From Candidatus Iainarchaeum sp. (GTDB taxonomy: Archaea > Iainarchaeota > Iainarchaeia > Iainarchaeales > JAGVWC01), in the NCBI GenBank assembly GCA_018304465.1, contig JAGVWC010000012.1, forward strand, positions 74,019 through 138,018: a stretch of DNA of 64,000 nt. Reading direction: 5' to 3'. Below are positions 37,513-47,245 of this stretch, in pieces (positions within the stretch are counted from its first letter, which is position 1; every line of letters begins with the position of its first letter). A program made the position numbers and the translations under genes. The notes beneath the pieces were generated by a model. That model did no database searches, was not told the origin of the DNA, and saw only the letters and a program-made list of their open reading frames with translations.

Positions 37513-38088
37513 ATGGTCAAACCACCTCACCAAGCCCCGGATTCGTCCGAAACGGGGGACCACGGGTCAAAAAAAACCCCGGTGCCCCCCGTTCAAACCA
37601 CTGAACCCACGCCCACCGAGCCTTCAAATCACGCCAAAATCAAGGAATTAGAGGGAATGCTCTTGGAATGGACCCAAACCGCGCAACGCATCCAGGCGGA
37701 ATTTGAAAATTACCAAAAACGCGTGCTCAAAGAAAAAGCCGCAATTAGAGAAACCGAAAAATCACGCGTTTTATTGGGGTTATTGCCGTTTTGGGAAAGC
37801 CTCCAAAACGCGTTAACCCACGCCCAAGCCCCGGAAAAAATGGGTTTGGAGGCGCTTTCCAGGCAATTTTCCAATTTTTTGGCATCGGAAGGCGTCAAAC
37901 CCATGGAAACAGTGGGAAAACCGTTTGATCCGGCCGTGCACGAAGTCGTGCTATGGGAAAGCGTAAAAGGAGTTGGGGAGGGAGTAATAACGGCAGAGAT
38001 TTCAAAAGGATTTTGGCTTAACGACCGCGTTTTGCGTCACGCCAAAGTCAAGATCAATCGGCTGGATGAACAGGAAGTGAAACCATGA
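37513..38088 (+). CDS. grpE: Nucleotide exchange factor GrpE. The ORF track start 37465 would run across the operator.
   Basis: GrpE coiled-coil plus C-terminal beta domain (GKPFDPAVHEVV). Confidence 0.8.
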   Translation: MVKPPHQAPDSSETGDHGSKKTPVPPVQTTEPTPTEPSNHAKIKELEGMLLEWTQTAQRIQAEFENYQKRVLKEKAAIRETEKSRVLLGLLPFWESLQNALTHAQAPEKMGLEALSRQFSNFLASEGVKPMETVGKPFDPAVHEVVLWESVKGVGEGVITAEISKGFWLNDRVLRHAKVKINRLDEQEVKP

Positions 38089-38393
38089 AAAATCCCAATA
38101 TGACTTTCGCCCCCCAACGAATCGCTTCGCCGCCGTTTAACGGCTTTGACGATCCGATCGATACCACGTTGCCCGAACCCGACTTGATACCGGATAATAT
38201 CCCATGGGAGGATGGCGAATGAAAACAAAAGAACCCTCAATCCAGGAACTCTTGGCTTTCGATCCGCGTCTTGAACCAAAAACAAAGAAAAAAATGCAAT
38301 CGAAACCCATCAAAGAAATCGGGATGCAACAACTGCAACACATCTTTCAGGCATCCTGAATTTTTTTATTCTTAAAAACGGAGGAAAATCGTT

Positions 38394-40256
38394 ATGGCAA
38401 AAGAAAAAATAATTGGAATTGATTTGGGAACATCGAACAGCGCGGCCGCGGTTTTAGAAGCCGGTCGACCTGTTGTCATTCCAAGTGCCGAAGGAACCAG
38501 CCTGTACGGAAAAGCGTTTCCAAGCGTTGTCGCGTTCACCAAAGACGGCCATCGGCTTGTCGGAGAACCCGCGCGACGCCAAGCTGTCAGCAACCCGGAT
38601 GGCACGATCATGGCGGCCAAGCGAAAAATGGGGACTGATTTCAAATACCGCGTGCACGGAAAAGAATTCACGCCACAGCAAATCTCTGCGTTTATTTTGC
38701 AAAAAATCAAAGCCGACGCGGAAAGTTTCACCGGCGAACCCGTTACCAAAGCCGTGATTACGGTGCCCGCGTATTTTGACGACAACCAGCGTCAGGCCAC
38801 CAAAGACGCCGGACAAATCGCGGGACTCGACGTGGTTCGGATCATCAATGAACCGACCGCCGCGGCGTTAGCCTACGGATTGGACAAAACAAGCAAAGAC
38901 CACAAAGTCCTGGTGTTTGATTTGGGCGGCGGAACCTTGGATGTCACCATCATGGAAATGGGCGACGGGGTCTTTGAAGTCAAGTCCACCAGCGGAAACA
39001 CGCAACTCGGCGGAACCGATATGGACAAAAAAGTCATTGACTGGGTCGTGTCGGAATTCAAAAAAAGCGAAGGCGTGGACCTGTCCAAGGACGCGATGGC
39101 GATGCAGCGCGTGCGCGAAGCCGCGGAGCGCGCCAAAATCGAATTGTCCAATGTAATGGAAACCGAAATCAACCTGCCGTACGTCACAGCGACGCCGGAA
39201 GGCCCGAAACATTTGATCCTAAAGATCACGCGCACGAAACTCGAGCAATTGCTTTTGCCGATCGTGTCGCAGTGTGAAAAACCCGTGATGCAGGCGCTGG
39301 CCGACGCCAAGCTTTCGCCGCAAGACGTCGCCAAAGTCATTTTGGTCGGCGGACCCACGCGCATGCCGATGGTGCAGGAATTCGTCGAAAAAATCGTCGG
39401 AAAAAAAGCCGAGCGCGGCGTGGATCCGATGGAATGCGTCGCAATGGGCGCGGCGATTCAGGCTGGAGTGCTCGCGGGCGAAGTCAAGGACATTCTGTTG
39501 CTGGACGTGACGCCGCTTTCGCTTGGAATCGAAACCCTTGGCGGCGTGTTCACCAAATTGATCGAGCGAAACACCACGATTCCAACGAAAAAATCCCAGA
39601 TTTTTTCAACGGCAAGCGAGAATCAGCCCGCCGTGGACGTACATGTTTTGCAGGGAGAACGACCGATGGCCGCGGATAACAAAACCCTTGGCAGATTCCA
39701 GCTTGTCGGAATTCCGCCCGCGCCGCGCGGAGTCCCGCAAATCGAAGTTTCGTTTGATTTGGACGCCAACGGAATCGTTCATGTCGCCGCAAAGGATCTT
39801 GGAACCGGAAAAGAACAATCCATCAAGATCGTCGCGAGCCAGAAATTGTCGGAAGACGAAATCAAGCGTATGCGCGAAGACGCGGAAGCGCACTCGGACG
39901 CGGACAAACGCCGACGCGAGGAAATCGAAACATTGAACCTTGCCGACAGCGCGGTGTACGAAGCCGAAAAAATACTTCCGGAGTTCGAAGGAAAAGTCGA
40001 TCCGACCAAAATCGAGTCGATCAAGAACGCTCGGGAAGAACTGAAAAAAGCGCTCGATGAAAAAGAACGGGAACCCGCGAAAATAAAGTCGCGTCTGGAT
40101 GGTTTGCAGAAAGCCATGCAGGAAGCGTCGGTTGAAATGTATCAGAAAGCGCAGGCCAACCGGCCGCAAAACGACGAGCCCCAGTCCAAGTCCGGGAAAA
40201 AGCCGGATGGCGACGTGGTGGACGCGGATTTCAAAGTCGATGAAGACGGGAAATAA
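38394..40256 (+). CDS. dnaK: Chaperone DnaK (Hsp70)
   Basis: [24 protein letters not shown] and the rest of the Hsp70 signature. 620 aa. Confidence 0.95.
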   Translation: MAKEKIIGIDLGTSNSAAAVLEAGRPVVIPSAEGTSLYGKAFPSVVAFTKDGHRLVGEPARRQAVSNPDGTIMAAKRKMGTDFKYRVHGKEFTPQQISAFILQKIKADAESFTGEPVTKAVITVPAYFDDNQRQATKDAGQIAGLDVVRIINEPTAAALAYGLDKTSKDHKVLVFDLGGGTLDVTIMEMGDGVFEVKSTSGNTQLGGTDMDKKVIDWVVSEFKKSEGVDLSKDAMAMQRVREAAERAKIELSNVMETEINLPYVTATPEGPKHLILKITRTKLEQLLLPIVSQCEKPVMQALADAKLSPQDVAKVILVGGPTRMPMVQEFVEKIVGKKAERGVDPMECVAMGAAIQAGVLAGEVKDILLLDVTPLSLGIETLGGVFTKLIERNTTIPTKKSQIFSTASENQPAVDVHVLQGERPMAADNKTLGRFQLVGIPPAPRGVPQIEVSFDLDANGIVHVAAKDLGTGKEQSIKIVASQKLSEDEIKRMREDAEAHSDADKRRREEIETLNLADSAVYEAEKILPEFEGKVDPTKIESIKNAREELKKALDEKEREPAKIKSRLDGLQKAMQEASVEMYQKAQANRPQNDEPQSKSGKKPDGDVVDADFKVDEDGK

Positions 40257-40323
40257 CGAAAGCGTTTCCGAACGCTTTTTTTCCAGCCTTTTTTAAAAGG
40301 CTGTTCCCGATTCTTTTCATAGG

Positions 40324-41460
40324 TTGGTTATGGTCGAAAAAAAAGATTATTACGAAGTGCTGGGCGTTGCAAAAAACGCGTCGCCAGACGACCTCAAAGC
40401 GGCGTACAAACGGTTAGCCAAGCAGCTTCATCCGGATGTTTCCGCCGACCCGAAAGCCAAGGAAAAATTCCAGGAAGTGTTGGAAGCCTACACCGTGCTT
40501 TCCGACGCGCAAAAACGCCAGAATTACGACCAGTTCGGACATTCCACGGAAGGATTTCAAGGATATCGCGGATTTGAAGGGTTCGAAGGCGGCGTGGATT
40601 TCGATTTTTCAGAGTTATTCGAAAACCTCGGCAATTTCGGATTCGGTTTTGACGATTTCGGATTCGGCGGCAATCGAAAAACCCGTCGACGCGAAAAAGG
40701 CGCGAACCTGCGCGTGGATTTGTCGGTTTCGTTTGACGAAGCCGCGGCGGGCTTCGAAAAAAAAATCGAGGTCGAGCGAATCGAAAACTGTTCGGCCTGC
40801 AAAGGAACCGGCGCCAAAGACGGCGTCACGGAAACGTGTTCGACGTGCAAAGGAAGCGGTCGCGTCACACGCTCGCAAAAAACCCCGTTCGGAATTTTTT
40901 CCACGCAAACCCTGTGCGGAAAATGCCAGGGAACCGGCCGCTTGGCCAAGGAAAATTGTTCCGCGTGCAAAGGAACGGGTCATCGCAGCGTGAAAAAAAC
41001 GATTGAAGTCTCGATTCCCGCGGGAATCGAAACCGGAATGCATTTGCGTTTATCCGGACTTGGAAACGCGGGAGTAAACGGCGGCGAAGCCGGGGATTTG
41101 TTTGTCGTCGTGCTTGTGGAACAGCATCCGTTTTTCAAGCGCGATCACGGGGACTTGTATTGTGAGGTTCCGATTTCGTTTTCGAACGCGGCCTTGGGAA
41201 TGGAGCTGGAAGTGGCGACGCTCAAAGGACACGCGACGGTATCCGTTCCGGCGGGAACGCAAACGGGAACGATTTTTCGGCTTAAAGGAAAAGGAATCAA
41301 GGATCTTCATTCGGGAAAAGTGGGTGACCAATTCGTCAAGGTGAACATTGTGACTCCGAAAAGTCTTTCGAAAGAGCAGAAACGATTGCTCGAAGAATTC
41401 CAAAAAACCGAAGGAGAACAAAAAGACAAGAAAGGGTTTTTTCGAAGTCTCGGATTGTAA
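40324..41460 (+). CDS. dnaJ: Chaperone DnaJ (J domain, G/F region, four CxxCxGxG repeats)
   Basis: DYYEVLGV...HPD J-domain. [32 protein letters not shown]. Confidence 0.9.
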   Translation: MVMVEKKDYYEVLGVAKNASPDDLKAAYKRLAKQLHPDVSADPKAKEKFQEVLEAYTVLSDAQKRQNYDQFGHSTEGFQGYRGFEGFEGGVDFDFSELFENLGNFGFGFDDFGFGGNRKTRRREKGANLRVDLSVSFDEAAAGFEKKIEVERIENCSACKGTGAKDGVTETCSTCKGSGRVTRSQKTPFGIFSTQTLCGKCQGTGRLAKENCSACKGTGHRSVKKTIEVSIPAGIETGMHLRLSGLGNAGVNGGEAGDLFVVVLVEQHPFFKRDHGDLYCEVPISFSNAALGMELEVATLKGHATVSVPAGTQTGTIFRLKGKGIKDLHSGKVGDQFVKVNIVTPKSLSKEQKRLLEEFQKTEGEQKDKKGFFRSLGL

Positions 41461-41509
41461 ACAGAACCCATAAGTTAATTATAAAAAACTTTGGGTTGTA
41501 TACCATAGC

Positions 41510-41770
41510 ATGGTTGAAGTACTGTATCTCGGACCAGTGTTGACCATTATCGTATTGGCCATCCTGGTGTACATCGCGATCAAAGGCGGAAAAAGCATTG
41601 TGAGCCTTGCAATAAACAGCGTCATCGGGCTCGTGATTTTGGTGGTCATCAATTTTTTACCGTTCATCCAGATCCCCATCAATATTTGGACGATTCTCAT
41701 TACCGCATTGGGAGGAATTCCCGGCATTGCGCTGTTGATTTTGCTTAATTTGCTCGGAATCGTCATTTAG
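41510..41770 (+). CDS. BofA-like small membrane protein (pro-sigmaK processing inhibitor family), copy 1
   Basis: 86 aa. VVINFLPFIQIPINIWTILITALGGIPGIALLI resembles BofA ...VNMFGGSLGIHVPINLVTTAISGILGIPGIAAL.... Confidence 0.5.
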   Translation: MVEVLYLGPVLTIIVLAILVYIAIKGGKSIVSLAINSVIGLVILVVINFLPFIQIPINIWTILITALGGIPGIALLILLNLLGIVI

Positions 41771-41778
41771 GAAAAACC

Positions 41779-42039
41779 ATGGCTCGAAATGTGTATGTGG
41801 GACCCGCGGTTTCCGCGTTGCTCATCATCATTTTGATTCTGGTCTTGTTAAACAGCAGTCAGTCGCTTTCGTCCTTGATCGTCAACAGCTTGATCGGACT
41901 GGTCGTATTGGTGTTGTTGAATTTTTTGCCGTTTATCAAGATCAACATCAGCATCTGGACGGTGCTGATCGCGGGACTTGGCGGAATCCCGGGAATCATT
42001 ATTCTGATTTTGTTGAGTTTGCTTGGCGTGGAACTGTAA
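41779..42039 (+). CDS. BofA-like small membrane protein, copy 2 (tandem paralogue)
   Basis: 86 aa, ~55% identical to copy 1, with the same GLGGIPGI motif. Confidence 0.5.
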   Translation: MARNVYVGPAVSALLIIILILVLLNSSQSLSSLIVNSLIGLVVLVLLNFLPFIKINISIWTVLIAGLGGIPGIIILILLSLLGVEL

Positions 42040-42059
42040 AAAAAAGACAGCCGTCGGTG

Positions 42060-42407
42060 TTAGTCGTCTGGCATAGGTTCTCGACGAGTTTCACGGACTT
42101 TTTGAGTCACTTTTTTTTCAACGGCTGGTTTTCCGTTTTCTCCAGGAGTGATTTCGGTTGTTTCTTTGTCTTCTTTGGTGATGATTTTTTTCTCTTTTGA
42201 CATAACGACGCTTCCCCCCATAGTTGCCTGGACATCGTGGGTGATGAATAACCACAACACGATCAGGATTCCGATGGCGATCAGGATGTCAGTTTCCGAA
42301 AAAGAAATCCCCGGCAAGAAAGTACCGGTGTCGTTTCCGATCAGGATGATCAGGAACGCTCCGATCAGAACCAATAGGATCAACAGACCGTATTTTTCCG
42401 ATGCCAT
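42060..42407 (-). CDS. Hypothetical small membrane protein with acidic/Thr-rich cytoplasmic tail
   Basis: Two predicted TM helices. No family recognised. Confidence 0.3.
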   Translation of the reverse strand: MASEKYGLLILLVLIGAFLIILIGNDTGTFLPGISFSETDILIAIGILIVLWLFITHDVQATMGGSVVMSKEKKIITKEDKETTEITPGENGKPAVEKKVTQKVRETRREPMPDD

Positions 42408-42508
42408 CGTTTAAATATAACTGAATTAAGTTTTTATAGGAAACGAAAGCCGTCTCGTGGGGTTTTTCGCGGTTTTCTTGCCGTCGGATATAAATACTTG
42501 TTTTTGGG

Positions 42509-43087
42509 TTGTGTTTGAGTATGCATCATCGCAAGGTTTTTCTGTTTGGTTTGCTTTTGGCAGGCATTCTCCTTTCGGGTTGTATTTCGCAGACCAGTTT
42601 TGATCAGGAATTCCCAAAGGTTCGCGCGATCATGGAACGAAACGGAGCTTTTTTTCCAAAGACCCTCGTGCCACCGAGTATTGATTTGATTAACCGCACC
42701 CAGTTCGAACTGGAAGCGTACAAATCGGCGCTGGTCAAACAGCCGGAAAGCCAGGACAAAAAAGCCGTGAACGCGTTTTTGACCGCGCATAATCATTTGC
42801 TTGAAATGCAAAAACAGTTTTTGGAAGGCGGAACCGAAACGTCTTTGACGGATTTTACCTTGATTTCGTGCGAAAAAGGAAGCAATTTAAGCAAGGCCAT
42901 CACCCACTATGAGCTGGCCGCGGTTCAAGCCGATCTTGCGGAAAAGAATTTTGCGGCGTTCGAAAACGCGTTTTCCGTGTATGCGGGAAAAACCGAGATT
43001 GATTATACGGATTTGGAAAACGAACTAAAGACCAGTAAAGCCACGTTTTTGGAATTGAAATCCGCGAATCAAAAACTTTGTTCTTAG
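42509..43087 (+). CDS. Putative lipoprotein (signal peptide plus LLSGC lipobox-like motif), otherwise hypothetical
   Basis: FGLLLAGILLSGCISQ N-terminus. Helical, no family recognised. Confidence 0.4.
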   Translation: MCLSMHHRKVFLFGLLLAGILLSGCISQTSFDQEFPKVRAIMERNGAFFPKTLVPPSIDLINRTQFELEAYKSALVKQPESQDKKAVNAFLTAHNHLLEMQKQFLEGGTETSLTDFTLISCEKGSNLSKAITHYELAAVQADLAEKNFAAFENAFSVYAGKTEIDYTDLENELKTSKATFLELKSANQKLCS

Positions 43088-43100
43088 GGGCGATTGAAAG

Positions 43101-43703
43101 TTGACGGTGTTTTCCTCTGGCGCGGAAGCGGTGCTATCCAAAACCAACGTGTTTGGCCGTTCGGCTCTTGAGAAGCGGCGGGTTCCGAAAGGATATCGGC
43201 ATCCCAATTTGGATTCATTGGTTCGTTTTAACCGGATGCGACGCGAATTGTCGTTGCTTTTTGCGGCCAAGCAAGCGGGCGTGTCGTGTCCATTCGTGCT
43301 GGATGTCAACGTGAACGATTGCGCGTTTTCAATGGCGTTCATTGCGGGCCCGACCGCAAAGCAGGCGCTTTCCAAAAAAAACCTTTGGGTTTGCGATCAG
43401 TTGGGTGAAATGGTGGCCAAGTTGCATTCCAAAGACATTATTCATGGCGACTTGACCACAAGCAACGTGTTGATTGCTGGAAAACAATTGGTTTTGATCG
43501 ATTTTGGCATGGGTTTTTTCTCGAAAAAAAAAGAGGATCGCGCCGTGGATTTGTTGAACTTGAAAAAAATGTTTCACGCCACGCATTCGGATATTTCACA
43601 GGGATGGGATCGGATTGTGAAAAACTATGTGAAACGAAATCCTACCGGACACGAAGTGATTGAAACTATCACGGAAATCGAAAAACGGACCCGATATTCG
43701 TAA
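43101..43703 (+). CDS. bud32: Bud32/PRPK atypical kinase (KEOPS subunit), stand-alone
   Basis: GAEAVL...KRR.PKGYRHP.LD, IIHGDLTTSNVLI, IDFGMG motifs. Confidence 0.75.
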   Translation: MTVFSSGAEAVLSKTNVFGRSALEKRRVPKGYRHPNLDSLVRFNRMRRELSLLFAAKQAGVSCPFVLDVNVNDCAFSMAFIAGPTAKQALSKKNLWVCDQLGEMVAKLHSKDIIHGDLTTSNVLIAGKQLVLIDFGMGFFSKKKEDRAVDLLNLKKMFHATHSDISQGWDRIVKNYVKRNPTGHEVIETITEIEKRTRYS

Positions 43704-43866
43704 TCTACATAACGAAATCTTGTTTTGGCGTTTTTTCTCTCCGTAAAGCCGAAGTAAGCCTTTTAAACAATTCGCCCCGGGTTTATGTAATCGTTTTTTT
43801 ATATTCGCTTTTTTGGTCCGGTAGGCCAAAAAGGCACATTCAAGTAAATATCTCATTGGTGAAAAA

Positions 43867-44361
43867 ATGGTCAAAAAGGCCCTTGTGGAAGAAGACGCGG
43901 TCGTTGAAACGGCGGAGACAGCCCCCAAAGTCGAGGAAGTTCCGAAAAAAACCGTGAAGAAAAAAAAGGAGTTTATGGTTTCGGACTTGAAACCGACCGA
44001 AATCGAGGAACTGGTCGCGGACTTGGGCAACCAGGGTATGAATGCGTCCCAGATCGGCGTCATTTTGCGCGATCAGCACAATGTCCCCAAGGTAAAATTG
44101 GCCACGGGAAAAACGATTTCTGATATTTTATCCAACCGCTCGCTTTCTCCGGAGATTCCCGAAGATTTGCTTGCGTTGATTCGACGCGTCGTGGCGTTGG
44201 ACCGTCATCTGCAAGTGAACAAGAAAGATTTTTCAGCCAAGCGTGGTTTTCAATTGACTGTTTCAAAAATCCGCCGTTTGGTGGCGTATTATCACGAGAA
44301 AAAGAGACTGCCCGCGGACTGGCGCTATTCGATTGAAAAAGCGCGCCTGTTGGTGAAGTAG
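43867..44361 (+). CDS. rps15: Ribosomal protein uS15 (S13e-type) with acidic N-terminal extension
   Basis: GMNASQIGVILRDQHNVPKVK...VALDRHLQVNKKDF...RRLVAYY. Confidence 0.85.
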   Translation: MVKKALVEEDAVVETAETAPKVEEVPKKTVKKKKEFMVSDLKPTEIEELVADLGNQGMNASQIGVILRDQHNVPKVKLATGKTISDILSNRSLSPEIPEDLLALIRRVVALDRHLQVNKKDFSAKRGFQLTVSKIRRLVAYYHEKKRLPADWRYSIEKARLLVK

Positions 44362-44373
44362 GTGTAATGATTT

Positions 44374-45024
44374 ATGGCCCAGATGATTGAAGAGACCACG
44401 AAAAAGTCCGACGAAAAGAAACCGGAACGAAAAACCGGCGGGCAGAAAAAACGCGGAATTGACAAGTGGAAGAAAAAAGTGTGGTATTCGATTTTTACTC
44501 CGGACGAGTTTGAAAAACGCGAAATCGCGCAAACCGTCGCCGAAAAACCCGAAATGGTCATGGGCCGAACACTCACCGTGAGCGTGGCGGAAGTATCCAA
44601 ACAGCCGCGTATGTCCCACGTCGCGTTGAAATTCAAAGTCAACAATGTACAGGCCCAAAAAGCGTTTACCGCAGTACAGGGTTTTTCGATTCAGGATTCG
44701 TACGTGAAACGAATCGTTCGACGCCGAAGCTCAAAAATCGAACTCGTACATGACGTCGTCACCAAGGATAATCTCAAAGCGCACGTCAAAGCCGTTACGA
44801 TTTCAGGGTCCAAGGTCACGCAGACCCAAAAAACCGCGATTCGAAAAATCATGGAAGAAGAACTTGAAAAAGCGGCCAAGGCGCGCGAATTCCGCGTGTT
44901 GGTCCAAGAACTTATTTTTGGCAATGTCGCGTCCGCGATCGTAAAGCGCGCGAAAAAAGTTGCCTCGATCAAACGGACCGAAATTTCCAAATGCACGTTG
45001 CTGGAAGACCAGAAAAAGCAGTGA
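44374..45024 (+). CDS. rps3ae: Ribosomal protein eS1 (S3Ae)
   Basis: DKWKKKVWYSIFTP.EF...MGRTLTVSVAEV. Conserved S15-S3Ae pair. Confidence 0.85.
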   Translation: MAQMIEETTKKSDEKKPERKTGGQKKRGIDKWKKKVWYSIFTPDEFEKREIAQTVAEKPEMVMGRTLTVSVAEVSKQPRMSHVALKFKVNNVQAQKAFTAVQGFSIQDSYVKRIVRRRSSKIELVHDVVTKDNLKAHVKAVTISGSKVTQTQKTAIRKIMEEELEKAAKAREFRVLVQELIFGNVASAIVKRAKKVASIKRTEISKCTLLEDQKKQ

Positions 45025-45036
45025 TCGGGTTAAACG

Positions 45037-45714
45037 ATGATCAATGAATGGGAAACGCTATTCGTTTTGCTCCTGCTCGCAATCGTTTTGTTTTGGTCGT
45101 ACAAGAAAAAATTCCTCGATAATGAGGGAATGCTGGTCGCCGTTATCGTGGGCTTAAGCGTTTTTTTGCTTGGCGGCATGCAGGGTTTTTTGACTTTGGT
45201 TGTTTTTTTCGGCGTCGGAGAACTGGCGACGATGCTGTATGCGGGTCACAAGAACAAAACGAAACATTCCCGCCGCGGAACCAGCAATATTTTGGGTAAC
45301 GCGCTGGCCGGAATCGTTGCGTTGGTCCTAAATAGTCCGATCGGTTTTTTTGCCGCGATTTCGGCATCTTTGGCGGACACGCTTTCATCCGAAGTCGGAG
45401 TGTTGTCCAAGGAAAAACCGTTTTTGATCACGACATTAAAACGAGTGGAGTACGGAACCGACGGCGGGGTTTCGTATCTAGGGTTTTCAGCAGCCATCAT
45501 CGGTGCCGCGGTAATCGGAGGATTGTATTTTTTCTTTACCCACCATGTTCTCGCGGCGATACTCGTTTTTTTCTGCGGTTTGTTCGGAACTGCGGTGGAC
45601 AGTTTGATGGGCGCCACGCTTCAGAAATGGGGCTACATCGACAACAATGAAGTGAACTTTTTTTCAAGCGGTTTTGCCGCGCTTCTCGCGTACATCGTCA
45701 TCGCGTTAATGTGA
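45037..45714 (+). CDS. DUF92/TMEM19-family integral membrane protein
   Basis: GNALAG...ASLADTLSSEVG signature. 6-7 TM. Confidence 0.6.
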   Translation: MINEWETLFVLLLLAIVLFWSYKKKFLDNEGMLVAVIVGLSVFLLGGMQGFLTLVVFFGVGELATMLYAGHKNKTKHSRRGTSNILGNALAGIVALVLNSPIGFFAAISASLADTLSSEVGVLSKEKPFLITTLKRVEYGTDGGVSYLGFSAAIIGAAVIGGLYFFFTHHVLAAILVFFCGLFGTAVDSLMGATLQKWGYIDNNEVNFFSSGFAALLAYIVIALM

Positions 45715-46665
45715 AACGGAAACCGTCGGGGTTTTCGACCCGCCGTTTGCGATCAGGGATTGTTGGAATCCGCTGCCAAACGAATACCCTGCATTGGCAA
45801 ACAAGTCAATCAAGGTTAATTGCGGGCGACGGATGTATTCGACCAGGGGGGTTCCTTGGATTCCTGCCAGTTCCGCGGCCTTGTCGATCGCGTCTTGGCG
45901 CGTTCCGAGTTCGTCAATGAGTCCCGCGTCTTTGGCTTGGGTTCCGGACATGATGCGACCGTCGGCGATTTCTTCGAACCGAACCGGGTCCAACTTATTT
46001 TTTCGGTAATCCAAAATGTCACGTTTGAAATGACTGAAAGCTTCGGATAAAAGCGATTGCAGTATTTGCCGTTGTTCTTCAGTGGGTTCGGAAAACGGGT
46101 TTCCGATGGCTTTGTTTTTTCCTTCGGTTAAAATGTTCATTTTGATGCCGAGTTTGTCGAGCAACCCGTTGATGTCGGGATACATGCTGATGACGCCGAT
46201 GCTTGCCGTGATCGAGTCTTCGTCGGCGATGATATAATTGCTGGCGGCAGCCACGTAGTAACCGCCACTGGCACCGACTTCCCCGATGTATGACACCACG
46301 GGTTTGCTTGTTTTTCGGACCTGATATACCACTTGCTTGGTGGCCACGATGGTTCCGCCGGGGCTGTCAATGTCGAGCACGATGGCGCCAATGCGGTCGT
46401 CTTCATCGGCTTTTTTGATTTGTTCGGCCAGTTCTTCCGCGGAAAACCATTCGGATAAACCGGACGCGCCGGAGGCGATTTCGCCTTTGACCGGGATGAC
46501 AGCGATCGTTTTTGAGAAAACGGACGCCTCGATTCCAAGCAAAAGCACGAATGAGAACAACAACAGCAATGCGAACAGGAGTAGGACTCCGATTCCGAGT
46601 ACGGCCCAGGGATTCGTCAAAAAGGTGCGGGAAGATTCGGGCCAGAGTGGTTTTTGCGGTGTCAT
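45706..46665 (-). CDS. sppA: Signal peptide peptidase SppA (S49 family)
   Basis: IVLDIDSPGGTIVA...GEVGASGGYYVAAA (catalytic Ser) and Lys dyad region. N-terminal TM. Confidence 0.8.
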   Translation of the reverse strand: MTPQKPLWPESSRTFLTNPWAVLGIGVLLLFALLLLFSFVLLLGIEASVFSKTIAVIPVKGEIASGASGLSEWFSAEELAEQIKKADEDDRIGAIVLDIDSPGGTIVATKQVVYQVRKTSKPVVSYIGEVGASGGYYVAAASNYIIADEDSITASIGVISMYPDINGLLDKLGIKMNILTEGKNKAIGNPFSEPTEEQRQILQSLLSEAFSHFKRDILDYRKNKLDPVRFEEIADGRIMSGTQAKDAGLIDELGTRQDAIDKAAELAGIQGTPLVEYIRRPQLTLIDLFANAGYSFGSGFQQSLIANGGSKTPTVSVSH

Positions 46666-46729
46666 GGGAATCCGGTGAATTAACCAACCATTAAAAGATT
46701 TTCTTAAAGAGTAGTTTTAAAGAGAACGC

Positions 46730-47245
46730 ATGGTTTTGGAAATTTGGGTTTCAACGGTTTTGTTTTTGCTTCCGATTTACGTGGCGAACGCGTCGGCCAT
46801 GGTTTTTGGCGGCGGCACGCCGTTGGATTTGGACAGCAAGTGGACGGATCAGCGCCCGATTCTCGGAAAAGGAAAAACCTTCAAGGGAACGTTTTTTGGA
46901 ATCTTTTTCGGAACCATGACCGGTTTGCTTTTGTGGGCGATGTTTCCGGATCAGACCGCGCAAATGTATCCGAATTTCGTTTTGCTTGGTTTCGTGCTTT
47001 CTGTCGGAGCGGTGCTTGGGGATTTGATCAAAAGTTTTTTGAAGCGCCGCATGGGAAAACAAAGCGGCGAAGAATGGTTTCTGGGGGATCAACTGGATTT
47101 TATGATCGGCGCGATTATCGTCGGTTGGGTGTTTTTTGCGCCGTCCCCGGTACAGATTGTCGCCATGCTTGTGATTTCGGTGATCGTTCACAAGATCGCG
47201 AACGTGATTGCCTTTAAAGCGCGCTTGAAAAGCGTTCCGTGGTAA
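46730..47245 (+). CDS. carS: CDP-archaeol synthase (CarS, DUF46)
   Basis: PIYVANASAMVFGGGTPLD...RPILGKGKTFKGTFFG. ~170 aa, 5 TM. Confidence 0.75.
   Translation: MVLEIWVSTVLFLLPIYVANASAMVFGGGTPLDLDSKWTDQRPILGKGKTFKGTFFGIFFGTMTGLLLWAMFPDQTAQMYPNFVLLGFVLSVGAVLGDLIKSFLKRRMGKQSGEEWFLGDQLDFMIGAIIVGWVFFAPSPVQIVAMLVISVIVHKIANVIAFKARLKSVPW

Noticed and set aside
41510-42039. Interpretation of the two 86-aa membrane proteins as holins or a type I toxin pair
   Set aside because: The GLGGIPGI-containing C-terminal helix matches BofA-family proteins specifically, and no lysis or toxin context is present. This remains a hypothesis pending HMM confirmation.
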